Shown: positions 1 to 8,306 of the stretch, piece after piece
Layout of the letters: each line of letters starts with the position of its first letter
Position numbering within the stretch: position 1 is the stretch's first letter
Source of the DNA: Chlamydiota bacterium
GTDB taxonomy: Bacteria > Auribacterota > Tritonobacteria > UBA1439
Direction: 5' to 3'
Assembly: GCA_037133055.1 (NCBI GenBank)
Contig: JBAXOY010000060.1
Span: forward strand, 1-18,172
DNA: 18,172 nucleotides
The notes under the pieces: model-generated
Seen by the model: the letters and a program-made list of their open reading frames with translations, nothing else
Databases searched by the model: none
What the model was told of the DNA's origin: nothing
Made by a program: the position numbers and the translations under genes

Positions 1-15
1 CGGGCTACTTCAAAG

Positions 16-64
16 CTGGATCCCGGCTACAGTTTACCCCTGCGAAAGCATGGGCTGGGATGAC
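16..64. repeat. REP-like hairpin (CTGGATCCCGGC ... GCTGGGATGAC) with inner CCCTGC-GAAA-GCATGG hairpin
   Basis: ATCCCGGC/GCTGGGAT arms pair with one G-U; inner GAAA-loop hairpin; resembles CTGGAT..C..GGGATGAC palindromes I associate with GIY-YIG nuclease neighbourhoods. Confidence 0.5.
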
Positions 65-142
65 AAAATAGGAGTTGTACCCCCCAAGAGTATCCCCTTA
101 CGGGCTGTAACGGGTTACATATGGGGGGTAACAATACCCCCT

Positions 143-206
143 CCGCGGGCTCCGTGCGCTCCGTGGTAAAACATTGATCCCGCTTTTTACCACGGCAGAG
201 CCGCGG
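143..206. repeat. Imperfect inverted repeat (CCGCGG..CCGTGGTAAA / TTTACCACGG..CCGCGG)
   Basis: CCGTGGTAAA at 161-170 is the reverse complement of TTTACCACGG at 186-195; flanking CCGCGG on both arms. Confidence 0.6.
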
Positions 207-216
207 CAGTGCCTTC

Positions 217-245
217 TTGCCGCTCCCGCCGTGATGGGATAGAAT
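217..245 (+). promoter_or_regulatory. Putative sigma70 promoter of the lipoprotein/TPR operon
   Basis: TTGCCG (217-222), 17-bp spacer, TAGAAT (240-245), 12 nt before ATG 258; implies a very short leader. Confidence 0.5.
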
Positions 246-257
246 GGTGTCCGGCCA

Positions 258-1226
258 ATGAGTATTCCGCGCGGCGCCATCGGCGTTCCCCTCCTCCCCC
301 GGCCATGTCGGCGGCGGACAGGGGCCTTGTGTGCCGTCCTCACGCTCCTTCTCGCGGGGCTCCTCCCGGGCTGCGCCCGCAACCCCCGGCCCGTCGCCGA
401 CGGCCGCTACGAGCCGTATGAGAACCTCCTCGAGATTGCGAGCGATATCCAGCGGCACGCCAACGACAACACCTACCGCTTCCCCGCCCCCCGGGACCCG
501 AGCGGGCAGAACCTCTACAAGGCGAGCCTCATCCGCCTCATGAACTTCGAGAAGATCTACCCCCGCCGCATGACCGATATCGTCGCTTTTACCAAGGGCA
601 TCTGCATGGAGCGGCTCCACGATTACGAGGGGGCGCTCAGGGCTTTCAAGTCGGCCGCCGAGAGCGATTCTCCGCTCAAGGAGCGGGCCCAGGCGAAACT
701 CCCCGTCCTTGCGAAGTTCAACGATCTCGTCAACTACCGCATCGAGAAGAACAACGTCGGGGACTACCTGACCGAGATGGAGTTCAAGCTCGACGCATGG
801 CGCAAGTTCGTCGAGGAGGTCAGGGGCACTTCGTACGAGTGGCTCGCGATCGAGGACGAGGAGAAGGCGGAGCAACACCTCGCCGAGTTCGTGGCACAGA
901 ACTACCTGATCATCCGGAACGGCGCTGAAAACGCCCTGAACCTCTACCGCCAGCTCACCATAAAACACGCCCAGAGCAAAAACATCAACATCCATTACCT
1001 CAACTGGGCCGACTTCTGCGCCCTCCTCACAAAGCGGTACGCGCAGGAAAAAGACCCCCGGAGCCTCGACTTCGACATGCCGACATTCAACAAGTCGGCC
1101 GACGCGGCTATACGCCTTTACAGCCTCGTGGCGCAGAAGGACGGCGCCGAGGAGAAGGTGCAGGCCCTCGGGAAGCTCCAGTCATTTAACGCCTACGTGG
1201 CAAAAATCCAGGGCGAAAGCGAATGA
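258..1226 (+). CDS. Hypothetical alpha-helical (TPR-like) lipoprotein
   Basis: 322-aa ORF with basic N-region, hydrophobic stretch and lipobox-like LLPGC; TPR-like segment AFTKGICMERLHDYEGALRAFK; ATGA overlap with next gene. Confidence 0.8.
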   Translation: MSIPRGAIGVPLLPRPCRRRTGALCAVLTLLLAGLLPGCARNPRPVADGRYEPYENLLEIASDIQRHANDNTYRFPAPRDPSGQNLYKASLIRLMNFEKIYPRRMTDIVAFTKGICMERLHDYEGALRAFKSAAESDSPLKERAQAKLPVLAKFNDLVNYRIEKNNVGDYLTEMEFKLDAWRKFVEEVRGTSYEWLAIEDEEKAEQHLAEFVAQNYLIIRNGAENALNLYRQLTIKHAQSKNINIHYLNWADFCALLTKRYAQEKDPRSLDFDMPTFNKSADAAIRLYSLVAQKDGAEEKVQALGKLQSFNAYVAKIQGESE

Positions 1227-3364
1227 GCGGAAGACGTTCGGGAGCCCCCTGCCCCCACAGGCTCCTCATCCTCGCGGTGCTCGGGGCACTCTCCCTTTCC
1301 GCCGCGCGGCGCGTCGCGGCGCGCGAGGAGGCGAGCCCTTCCCCCTCCCCGGCCCCGGAGGCGCGCGCCCCATCCGACATCGAGCAGCACGTCGAGCGCG
1401 CGATCGCCTTTGCGTACCTGCATGACTCCGAGGCGATCGAGAAGGAGTACCTTTTTTTCAAGGGGATGGACACCTTCATGAAGTCCCGCCGGGCGCCCGG
1501 CACGGGACTGAGCGACAACGTCCTTGACCTCATGGTGAGCACCATCAGCGACCAGGACGAGTTTATCAAGGCCCAGCGCGGCATCCTGGACGAGTCGCCC
1601 GACCCGGAGCTCCGCGAGCGGGTCGAGCGCCGTCTCGGCGACGAAGCGCGGAGCGCCGACTCGCTGCTGCTCACAGACCGGTACAACCGTTTCGCGTTCA
1701 TCTTCAACACGTTCGTGCGCCCCCTGAGCCTCCTCGCGGTCGGCTATTTCCCCGCCATGATCGACGCCGGAGTGGCGACGCTCCTCAATTTCGACAAGCT
1801 CACCGAACTCAGCGTGGAGGAGAAGAAGGCCCTCGTGCTCTATCGGCAGTTCCTGGACAAATATCCGGAAAGCGACAAGGCGGAGCTATTGCGGCAGAAG
1901 GTCACCCGTCTCGACCGGAAGCGGCTCACAACCGCCCACGCGCGCGAACTCGGCCTCGCGCAGGAGGAGCTGGCAAAAAGGAATTACTGGCAGGCCCAGC
2001 AGCATTTCAAGAACGCGCTCGCCTATGCGCCCGGCGACGCCGCGGCGACGAAGGGGCTCGCCCGCGCGCGCGAGCTCGAGGCGGAACTTAACGCGCTGAA
2101 ACAGAAGACGCTCGAGCCGGCCGATATGCCGGGCGCCCCCCCCTCCGGTGACGACGAGCGCGCCTACGAGCGGGTGCTCTACGCCGCCGCCCTCGGCAGC
2201 CCCGAGCTCATGATCTTCGATGCGGAGGAGCTTATCAGGGGCCATCCGCGGAGCACCTTCGTCCCTTCGGCCCGCTACACGATCGCCGTCGCCCATGACA
2301 TGAAGGGGGCGCATGACACGGCGCAATCCCTCATGCAGGAGCTCGCATCGCGCGACCGCGGGACGCACATCGGGAGGCGCGCGTCTGCCTACCTTGCCGA
2401 CGCGGAGTACAACCCGCGCCTTGCCTTCGAGCTTTCGAAGAGACAGCACGCGCAGGACACCGCGAAGTACGTCGCGCTCGGGGACGAGTTCGTGAAATCG
2501 AACGTCATCCTCGGCACCTCGCGGATCATCACGCAGGGGTTGCAGGCCATTCAGGGCCTCGCCACGTTCAACTTCATGGCCCTCGGCATCCGCGGGGCAA
2601 GCTCGATGATGAGCGCCCCCGTCTCCGAGCAGGAGATCATCGACAGCGGAGTCGCCTTTCTGCGCCGCTACCCCGATTCGCCCGCTGCTCCCGACGTCCA
2701 CATGACCCTCGCGCGCGCCTATGGCAGGCGGCAGAATCTTGCGAAGGCCGTCTATCATTTCAACAAGAGCGGCAGGGTTTCCGAGAAGCAGCTCGCGAAG
2801 CTGCGGGAAAAGGCGGCAAAGCAGTATCTCGACTTCGCCGAAGCGACGGACAGCGCCGAGGAGAAGATCCGCTGCTGCGAGACCATCCTCGACGACTACC
2901 CGGGGACGGCCGCCGCGACAAAGGCGCTTGAGCGCCTCGCGCTCATCGAGAAAACGAAGGAGCCCCTCTTCAGCCTCGACAAGAAAACCCTGGGGGAGAA
3001 CCCGATCGTATTCACGCTGACGGCGCTGCACCTTGGGCCGCACCTGCTCGACGGCGATCCCGAGAACGGGGAGCTCTCCCCGAAGGGGCTCATTTCCACC
3101 CAGAGGGGCAAGATCACCCTCGTCTACATCGATGGAAAGAAGGAGCGGGAAGAGACGATCGACATCGATTACCCGACCTACAAAAGGCTCATGGCTTTTG
3201 CGGAAGAGATGAAATACCGGAACGGGCTGGAAAAGAACAACGCCTATACCGGCGGGAAGGTCCCGATCGAGCTGCGCGGCACCGTGGGCGACAGCGGGGT
3301 GTACGTCTACCCACGGATGAAGATCAAGGAGTACCAGGATAAGGACCTGTACCTCTACAAATAA
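1223..3364 (+). CDS. Secreted TPR-repeat protein of unknown function
   Basis: 713-aa ORF, signal-peptide-like N-terminus, several TPR-like units and repeated F/I-x3-YP-x-S/T motifs (FLDKYPES, FLRRYPDS, ILDDYPGT). Confidence 0.85.
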   Translation: MSGRRSGAPCPHRLLILAVLGALSLSAARRVAAREEASPSPSPAPEARAPSDIEQHVERAIAFAYLHDSEAIEKEYLFFKGMDTFMKSRRAPGTGLSDNVLDLMVSTISDQDEFIKAQRGILDESPDPELRERVERRLGDEARSADSLLLTDRYNRFAFIFNTFVRPLSLLAVGYFPAMIDAGVATLLNFDKLTELSVEEKKALVLYRQFLDKYPESDKAELLRQKVTRLDRKRLTTAHARELGLAQEELAKRNYWQAQQHFKNALAYAPGDAAATKGLARARELEAELNALKQKTLEPADMPGAPPSGDDERAYERVLYAAALGSPELMIFDAEELIRGHPRSTFVPSARYTIAVAHDMKGAHDTAQSLMQELASRDRGTHIGRRASAYLADAEYNPRLAFELSKRQHAQDTAKYVALGDEFVKSNVILGTSRIITQGLQAIQGLATFNFMALGIRGASSMMSAPVSEQEIIDSGVAFLRRYPDSPAAPDVHMTLARAYGRRQNLAKAVYHFNKSGRVSEKQLAKLREKAAKQYLDFAEATDSAEEKIRCCETILDDYPGTAAATKALERLALIEKTKEPLFSLDKKTLGENPIVFTLTALHLGPHLLDGDPENGELSPKGLISTQRGKITLVYIDGKKEREETIDIDYPTYKRLMAFAEEMKYRNGLEKNNAYTGGKVPIELRGTVGDSGVYVYPRMKIKEYQDKDLYLYK

Positions 3365-3392
3365 ATCCCAAATCCCAAACCCCAAATCCCAA
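3363..3392. repeat. Heptamer tandem repeat (AAATCCC)x4
   Basis: AAATCCC AAATCCC AAACCCC AAATCCC AA starting at the stop codon of the TPR gene, in the gap between convergent genes. Confidence 0.85.
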
Positions 3393-3415
3393 AAGCATAG
3401 GTCCTGAAGATACAC

Positions 3416-4639
3416 TCACGCGCGCGCCAGGTCCGCAAGCCGATAACGGAACGGCGCCCGCACCAGCTCTTCGACGACGGGCAGATCAAGGCCGAGCGCC
3501 CGCGCCATCCGCACGATCTCCCAGGTGAGCTTCGTGTGCGAGATCCAGCGGTTGTCCGTGCAGATCGTCACCGGAACGGCGTCCGCGAGGAACACCCTTA
3601 TCGGATGCTCCGCGAGAGACCCGATATTGCCCGTGTGGATGTTGCTTGAGGGGCACACCTCCACGAGGATGTTCTCCTTCCGGAGCCTTGTTCTCAACGC
3701 GCGCTGCCGCGCGGAGATCAGTTTCACCCGCTTCGCGGTATAACGCCGGCCGCGCAGATCCTCCGTTCCGACAAGGCGCCCCGCGTCCAGCCCCGCCGCC
3801 AGGCCGTGCCCTATCCTCTTCGCCCCCAGCATGTCGATGGCGTCCTCGATCATGGCGATACCGTCTTCGATCGAGGCAAACGCCTCCCCCGCATGGTAGA
3901 CGACCGCGAGCCCCGCGTTCCGGGCGGACTCGAATGCCTCCGCGTGCTCCGCGATTGAGAAGCCGACCTCGTTCCCCGCGCTGTCGACCCCCTTGATCCT
4001 GCCCCGCAAGGACGGATCCTCGTTCGCCTCGAGGACATCCGCGACGATGCCCCGGACCACCTCCGCGTCGTAGTCCTTTACCAGCGAGAGCAACAGGACC
4101 GCATCGAGGTCGGGGTACCGATCCTTCGCGCGGTCGAGCCCTCGGGCAAGCGCCCGGATATAGGGCTTTATCTTTACGCTCCCGGTGAGCATTCGCGGGT
4201 TGAACCGGACCTCGAGATACCGGACCCCCTCGAGGCGGGCGTCCTCGCACACCTCGAAGACGACACGATCGAGCGCGTCCTCCGTGGCAAGCACGGTCTT
4301 CGGCAGCGAGTACGAGAGCATGTAGTCGGAAAGGCTTCCCCGGGCTTTCCGGTACTCGAGCAGGCGAGTGACCTCATCAAGACTCCCCCCGGAGATCCGC
4401 GGGGCGACCGGATACCCGAACCCCGAGTCGCAGAAGCTCCAGTCAAGGTCCGGCACGGTCCGGGCAAGGTCCCTCAGGGTGCCGGGACGCATCGATCCGG
4501 CGAGATGACAGTGAAGGTCCGCCTTGGGCATCGAAGCCACCGCGTCGAACACCCCCCTCCACCGCGCCTTCTCTTCGGGATTCATCCCCGCGCACAGCTT
4601 GCGGATAAACACCCGATCGCTCTCGTCGCCGTTTTTCAC
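3416..4639 (-). CDS. add: Adenosine/adenine deaminase family protein
   Basis: Motifs DLHCHLAGS, YLEVRF, DSAGNE, YHAGE, RIGHG, VCPSSN, ICTDN; start placed at GTG 4639 behind GGAGGGGGAG (ATG 4585 is an alternative). Confidence 0.85.
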   Translation of the reverse strand: MKNGDESDRVFIRKLCAGMNPEEKARWRGVFDAVASMPKADLHCHLAGSMRPGTLRDLARTVPDLDWSFCDSGFGYPVAPRISGGSLDEVTRLLEYRKARGSLSDYMLSYSLPKTVLATEDALDRVVFEVCEDARLEGVRYLEVRFNPRMLTGSVKIKPYIRALARGLDRAKDRYPDLDAVLLLSLVKDYDAEVVRGIVADVLEANEDPSLRGRIKGVDSAGNEVGFSIAEHAEAFESARNAGLAVVYHAGEAFASIEDGIAMIEDAIDMLGAKRIGHGLAAGLDAGRLVGTEDLRGRRYTAKRVKLISARQRALRTRLRKENILVEVCPSSNIHTGNIGSLAEHPIRVFLADAVPVTICTDNRWISHTKLTWEIVRMARALGLDLPVVEELVRAPFRYRLADLARA

Positions 4640-4682
4640 CGTGGCTGATCTCCCCCTCCGGCGCCGTACGCCGGGGCCAATC

Positions 4683-5762
4683 CTACCGGGCCGAGATGGG
4701 TATCGGAACGAAGCACAGCACGAGGACCCCCGCCGCCGCGCACGCGACCAGTCTTCTTCCGTTGTCAAGCGGCGTCACGTCGTCAAGCGGCGGCGCGTGG
4801 CCGGGCCCGAGGGCCAGGATGAGGAGCACCCATATCCACCATGGCCACCACGCGAACCCGAGCGCAAAAAGGACCGCGAGCGCACACCGCGCGACCAGCG
4901 CGTGCGCGCGCCCCGCGAACGCATACGCGATGTGGCCCCCGTCAAGCTGCCCGACGGGCATGAGGTTGAACGCGGTCACGAGCAGGCCCACCCACCCCGC
5001 GAATGCGACCGGGTGGAGGATGACGTCCTGCCCCTCCGCGATCCGTCCCTTGACGAGAAACGTCATCAGGCGGACGATGAGCGAATCGCCGAAATACTCC
5101 ACCTGACCCGTCCTGAGGAGGGGGCCGATATCCGCGACCTCGGAACTCGCAAGCCCCACGCCGAGCGCCACGAGGGCTACCAGGAAACCGCAGAGCGGCC
5201 CCGCGGCCCCGATATCGAGCAGGCTCTTCCTGTCGGGGATAAAGGATTTGGTCCTGATCACGGCACCGAGGGTCCCGATCGCGGTCGGCGCCGGGATAAA
5301 ATAGGGGAGCGTTGCCTTCACGCCGTGGAACGCCGCCATCAGGTAGTGACCGAACTCGTGGACGATAAGGATGGCCAGCAGACTTGCGGCGAACGGGATC
5401 CCCGCGGCGAAACGCTCCGGATGCGCGATAATGTCGACACCGGCATTGGCCGCGCCGACAACGAGCGTCGAACAGACGGTGAGCGCGAAGAGCGCGAGGT
5501 TGACCAGCGGATTCGACCGGGCCGCGGGGGCGTCCCGCACCACGCGCACCTCGTACTCTCCGCCGCGCCGTGAGACCAACGGGACGAACCCCATCATTCC
5601 CAGTCTTTCCCTGAGGACGGCGATGGACTGTCCCGGGGGAAGAAGGAACAGCCCGCGGAATACGATCCCGCGCCGGCTGAGAGCCGCATCACGGATGCTC
5701 ATGGTCTCCTCGACCAGCACCCGCAACCGGAGCGCGAGAAGCGTCAGGTCGTCGGTGTCCAT
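4683..5762 (-). CDS. Site-2 protease (peptidase M50) family membrane metalloprotease
   Basis: HEFGH zinc motif, IGAAGP, FNLMPVGQLDGGH, multiple TM segments; start at ATG 5762 (MDTDD). Confidence 0.92.
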   Translation of the reverse strand: MDTDDLTLLALRLRVLVEETMSIRDAALSRRGIVFRGLFLLPPGQSIAVLRERLGMMGFVPLVSRRGGEYEVRVVRDAPAARSNPLVNLALFALTVCSTLVVGAANAGVDIIAHPERFAAGIPFAASLLAILIVHEFGHYLMAAFHGVKATLPYFIPAPTAIGTLGAVIRTKSFIPDRKSLLDIGAAGPLCGFLVALVALGVGLASSEVADIGPLLRTGQVEYFGDSLIVRLMTFLVKGRIAEGQDVILHPVAFAGWVGLLVTAFNLMPVGQLDGGHIAYAFAGRAHALVARCALAVLFALGFAWWPWWIWVLLILALGPGHAPPLDDVTPLDNGRRLVACAAAGVLVLCFVPIPISAR

Positions 5763-5767
5763 CAATG

Positions 5768-5797
5768 AAATCCCAAATCCCAAATCCCAAATCCCAA
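5768..5797. repeat. Heptamer tandem repeat (AAATCCC)x4
   Basis: Four perfect AAATCCC units, with a single inverted GGGGATT at 5802-5808. Confidence 0.85.
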
Positions 5798-5841
5798 TGA
5801 CGGGGATTCAGAGATCCGGGGCAGGCGGCGGATGCGGGACA

Positions 5842-6477
5842 TCAGTCGCGGTCTTCGGGGCATTCCGCCCCGGCCTTGTACAGATACTTCTCGATCATCA
5901 TCAGCGCCTTCTCGATCGCCCGCGCCCTGTGGCTGATCCTGTTCTTGATGCTCGGGGAGAGTTCGGCGAAGGTCTTGTGGTACTCGATCGGCTGGAAGAG
6001 CGGATCATAGCCGAATCCCCCGCTCCCCCGGGGCTTCATCATGATGGTCCCCGCGCAATTCCCCTCGGCGATGTCGATTACCTTCTCGGGATTTGCGAGC
6101 GCGATGAAACACGCGAAGCGCGCCTGGCGCCTCCGCTCCGGGACATCGCGGAGCAGTGCAAGGAGCTTCTCGTTGTTTTCCTTGCCGGTCGCATGCTCGC
6201 CCGCGAAGCGGGCGGAATAGATCCCCGGGCGGCCGGCGAGGGCGTCGACCTCGATCCCGGAATCGTCCCCGAGCGCGAGCCTCCCCGTGGCCTTCGCCGC
6301 GAACAGGGCTTTTTTTTCGGCGTTCTCGCTGAAGGTTCTCCCGTTTTCGGGTACCGGCGGGAGACCGGGGAAGTCGGCAAGGCACAGCACGGAAAGATCG
6401 AGCCCGGAGTTCCGGAGCATCTCCCTGAACTCCCGCACCTTGTCCTTGTTGTTGGTCGCGAGCACAAGATCGTTCAC
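5842..6477 (-). CDS. rdgB: XTP/dITP diphosphatase (RdgB/HAM1)
   Basis: LATNNKDKVRE, ENAEKKA, DDSG, PGIYSARF, GFGYDPLF, KNRISHR; GTG start overlaps rph stop (GTGA). Confidence 0.95.
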   Translation of the reverse strand: MNDLVLATNNKDKVREFREMLRNSGLDLSVLCLADFPGLPPVPENGRTFSENAEKKALFAAKATGRLALGDDSGIEVDALAGRPGIYSARFAGEHATGKENNEKLLALLRDVPERRRQARFACFIALANPEKVIDIAEGNCAGTIMMKPRGSGGFGYDPLFQPIEYHKTFAELSPSIKNRISHRARAIEKALMMIEKYLYKAGAECPEDRD

Positions 6478-7205
6478 GGCCTCCCCCCGAACACGCTCTT
6501 CTGCGTCTCGATGAGCGCGGCGATGCCGGCGCGCGCCATGGCCGTCATGGAGGTCATTTCCTCGGACGTGAACGGCTCCGATTCGGCCGTGCCCTGTATC
6601 TCGATGAACCGCCCGCCCTCCGTCACGACGAGATTCATGTCCACCTGGGCCCGGCAATCCTCCTCGTAATTGAGGTCGAGGAGGAGCTCGCCGTTGACCT
6701 TGCCGACGCTCACCGCCGCGAGCGCCTCGCGCACGGGATTCCGCTCGATGAGCCCCTCGGCCGCCAGCTTCCCCATGGCGAGCTGGAGGGCGACGAAACT
6801 GCCCGTTACGGACGCGGTCCTTGTTCCCCCGTCCGCCTGCAGCACCTCGCAATCGATCCAGAGGGTGCGGGACCCGAGCTTCTCAAGGTCGACCACCGCC
6901 CTGAGGGCCCTTCCGATCATGCGCTGGATCTCATGCGTCCTGCCCCCGATTTTCCCGCGGGTGGCCTCCCGCACCATCCTCACGGGCGAGGAAAACGGCA
7001 TCATGGAGTACTCGCAGGTTATCCACCCGCCGGGCCTTTTCTGCTCCCTCATCCAGCGGGGCTGCACATTCTCCACAGAGGCCGCGCAGAGGATTTTCGT
7101 GTCGCCAAACTCGACCATGACGGAGCCGCTCGGGTACTTGACGAAATCCGGCGTGATCCTCACCGGCCTCAGCTCGTCGTTCCTCCGCCCGTCCCTCCTC
7201 TGCAT
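6474..7205 (-). CDS. rph: Ribonuclease PH
   Basis: RRDGRRNDELRPV, GRTHEIQRMIGRALR, QADGGTRTAS, DMNLV, EIQGTAE; start at ATG 7205. Confidence 0.96.
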   Translation of the reverse strand: MQRRDGRRNDELRPVRITPDFVKYPSGSVMVEFGDTKILCAASVENVQPRWMREQKRPGGWITCEYSMMPFSSPVRMVREATRGKIGGRTHEIQRMIGRALRAVVDLEKLGSRTLWIDCEVLQADGGTRTASVTGSFVALQLAMGKLAAEGLIERNPVREALAAVSVGKVNGELLLDLNYEEDCRAQVDMNLVVTEGGRFIEIQGTAESEPFTSEEMTSMTAMARAGIAALIETQKSVFGGRP

Positions 7206-7277
7206 ACCCGTCTCTCGATGTGCGTGTTCGTTGGTTTTTGCCGGTACCCAGCGACCAGAAACCAGTAACCGTAGTAA

Positions 7278-7354
<77 letters not shown>

Positions 7355-7661
7355 ACCCGACTCTTGTGCCATGCGGCGCGGCATGCGGCGGTCGCCGCCT
7401 GCATCTCAAAGGGGGGCACCGCTACGGCGAGGCGTGAAACGGCCGGAACCTCGCGATGAATAGTTGCTCGCACCCATCACCGGCCCACCCGCAGCGCGGG
7501 CATTGCGCGACTGCGGTGCCACACCCCCACGCTGCGGGTGGCCGCATCCGCGTCTTCCCGTCCGCCTGTTTACACCACGCCACGGCGCGGCATGCCGCGA
7601 AAAGATGGGGCGCTCCGTCGCGGATTCAAGAATTGCTGCGCGAGATGATCCTTCAGGCTCG

Positions 7662-7790
7662 CTATTCCTTCTTCAGGAAACTCGCGAGCGCGATGCTATC
7701 CAGGGAGATAAGGAAACAGAGCATCAGCAAGTCATTGGGCGCGTCGATCTTCCCGATAAGCCGCGCCAGAATAAAAAGGATCGTTCCCAT
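7662..7790 (-). CDS. Small hydrophobic protein, 42 aa (MGTILFILARLIGKIDAPNDLLMLCFLISLDSIALASFLKKE)
   Basis: Absent from the ORF track; strong AGGAGAGG SD immediately upstream, promoter-like motif upstream, two hydrophobic segments and KKE tail. Confidence 0.65.
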   Translation of the reverse strand: MGTILFILARLIGKIDAPNDLLMLCFLISLDSIALASFLKKE

Positions 7791-7840
7791 GTCCTCTCCT
7801 CTCTCGGCCTTGTCGGCCTGGTGGTGTAAATCCGGGTAAA

Positions 7841-7870
7841 GCTATACCACAACAGGAAGAATCCGGTCAA
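7841..7870 (-). promoter_or_regulatory. Putative sigma70 promoter for the sORF (possibly extending to tRNA-rph-rdgB)
   Basis: TTGACC-N18-TATAGC with extended -10 TG, preceded by an AT-rich tract. Confidence 0.5.
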
Positions 7871-7892
7871 TCGTAAAAAAATATCCGCCCTG

Positions 7893-7916
7893 CCCTTCGG
7901 CTGCGCTCAGGGTAAA
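7893..7916. repeat. REP-like half element CCCTTCGGCTGCGCTCAGGGTAAA
   Basis: Matches the CCTTCGAC-n4-GCTCAGG palindrome type I recall from many bacterial intergenic regions; CCCT/AGGG arms. Confidence 0.45.
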
Positions 7917-7924
7917 TTCGAGCC

Positions 7925-8268
7925 GGGATTCAGCGCTACACGCTTCAACGCCGGGACGCAGATAAACGCAGATCGTCAGGATTGACAGGATATACAAGGC
8001 GGAAAAAAGCGGCTGGATACCAAAATTGGACGCAGATTTCGCAGATGAACGCAGATGGGGGAACAGCCCAGGTCAAAGGTTCAAAACCCAAGGTTCACAA
8101 GTGCTTTTAGCTTTGGACCTTGAACTTTCAACCGTAGTCCGATCTGCGTGCTCTGCGTTCATCTGCGTCCCGAATGCCGTTTCCCTTTAGCCCTTTATGC
8201 CATGGCCTTATCTGCGTTCATCCTGACAATCTGCGTTCATCTGCGTGCTACGTTAACGCTGGATTCCC
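7925..8268. repeat. Nested multi-layer imperfect palindrome made of nonamer (ACGCAGATR) and heptamer (AAGGTTC-like) repeats
   Basis: Arm pairs: 7956-7994 with 8209-8246; 8028-8059 with 8139-8170; 8071-8100 with 8105-8133; outermost GGGATTCAGCG with CGCTGGATTCCC. Confidence 0.85.
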
Positions 8269-8306
8269 ATGTCACTGATCCATTCCCATCCGCGGGAAAA
8301 CTGTTC

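Noticed and set aside
27..3415. Long minus-strand ORFs 27-995, 1186-1710 and 1886-3415
   Set aside because: Antisense shadows of the two plus-strand genes, expected in high-GC coding DNA; no motifs
6478..6852. N-terminal extension of rdgB (likewise the extensions of add to 4768, rph to 7307 and cupin to 10045)
   Set aside because: They overlap neighbouring genes, the tRNA or repeats; family homology starts at the downstream codons chosen
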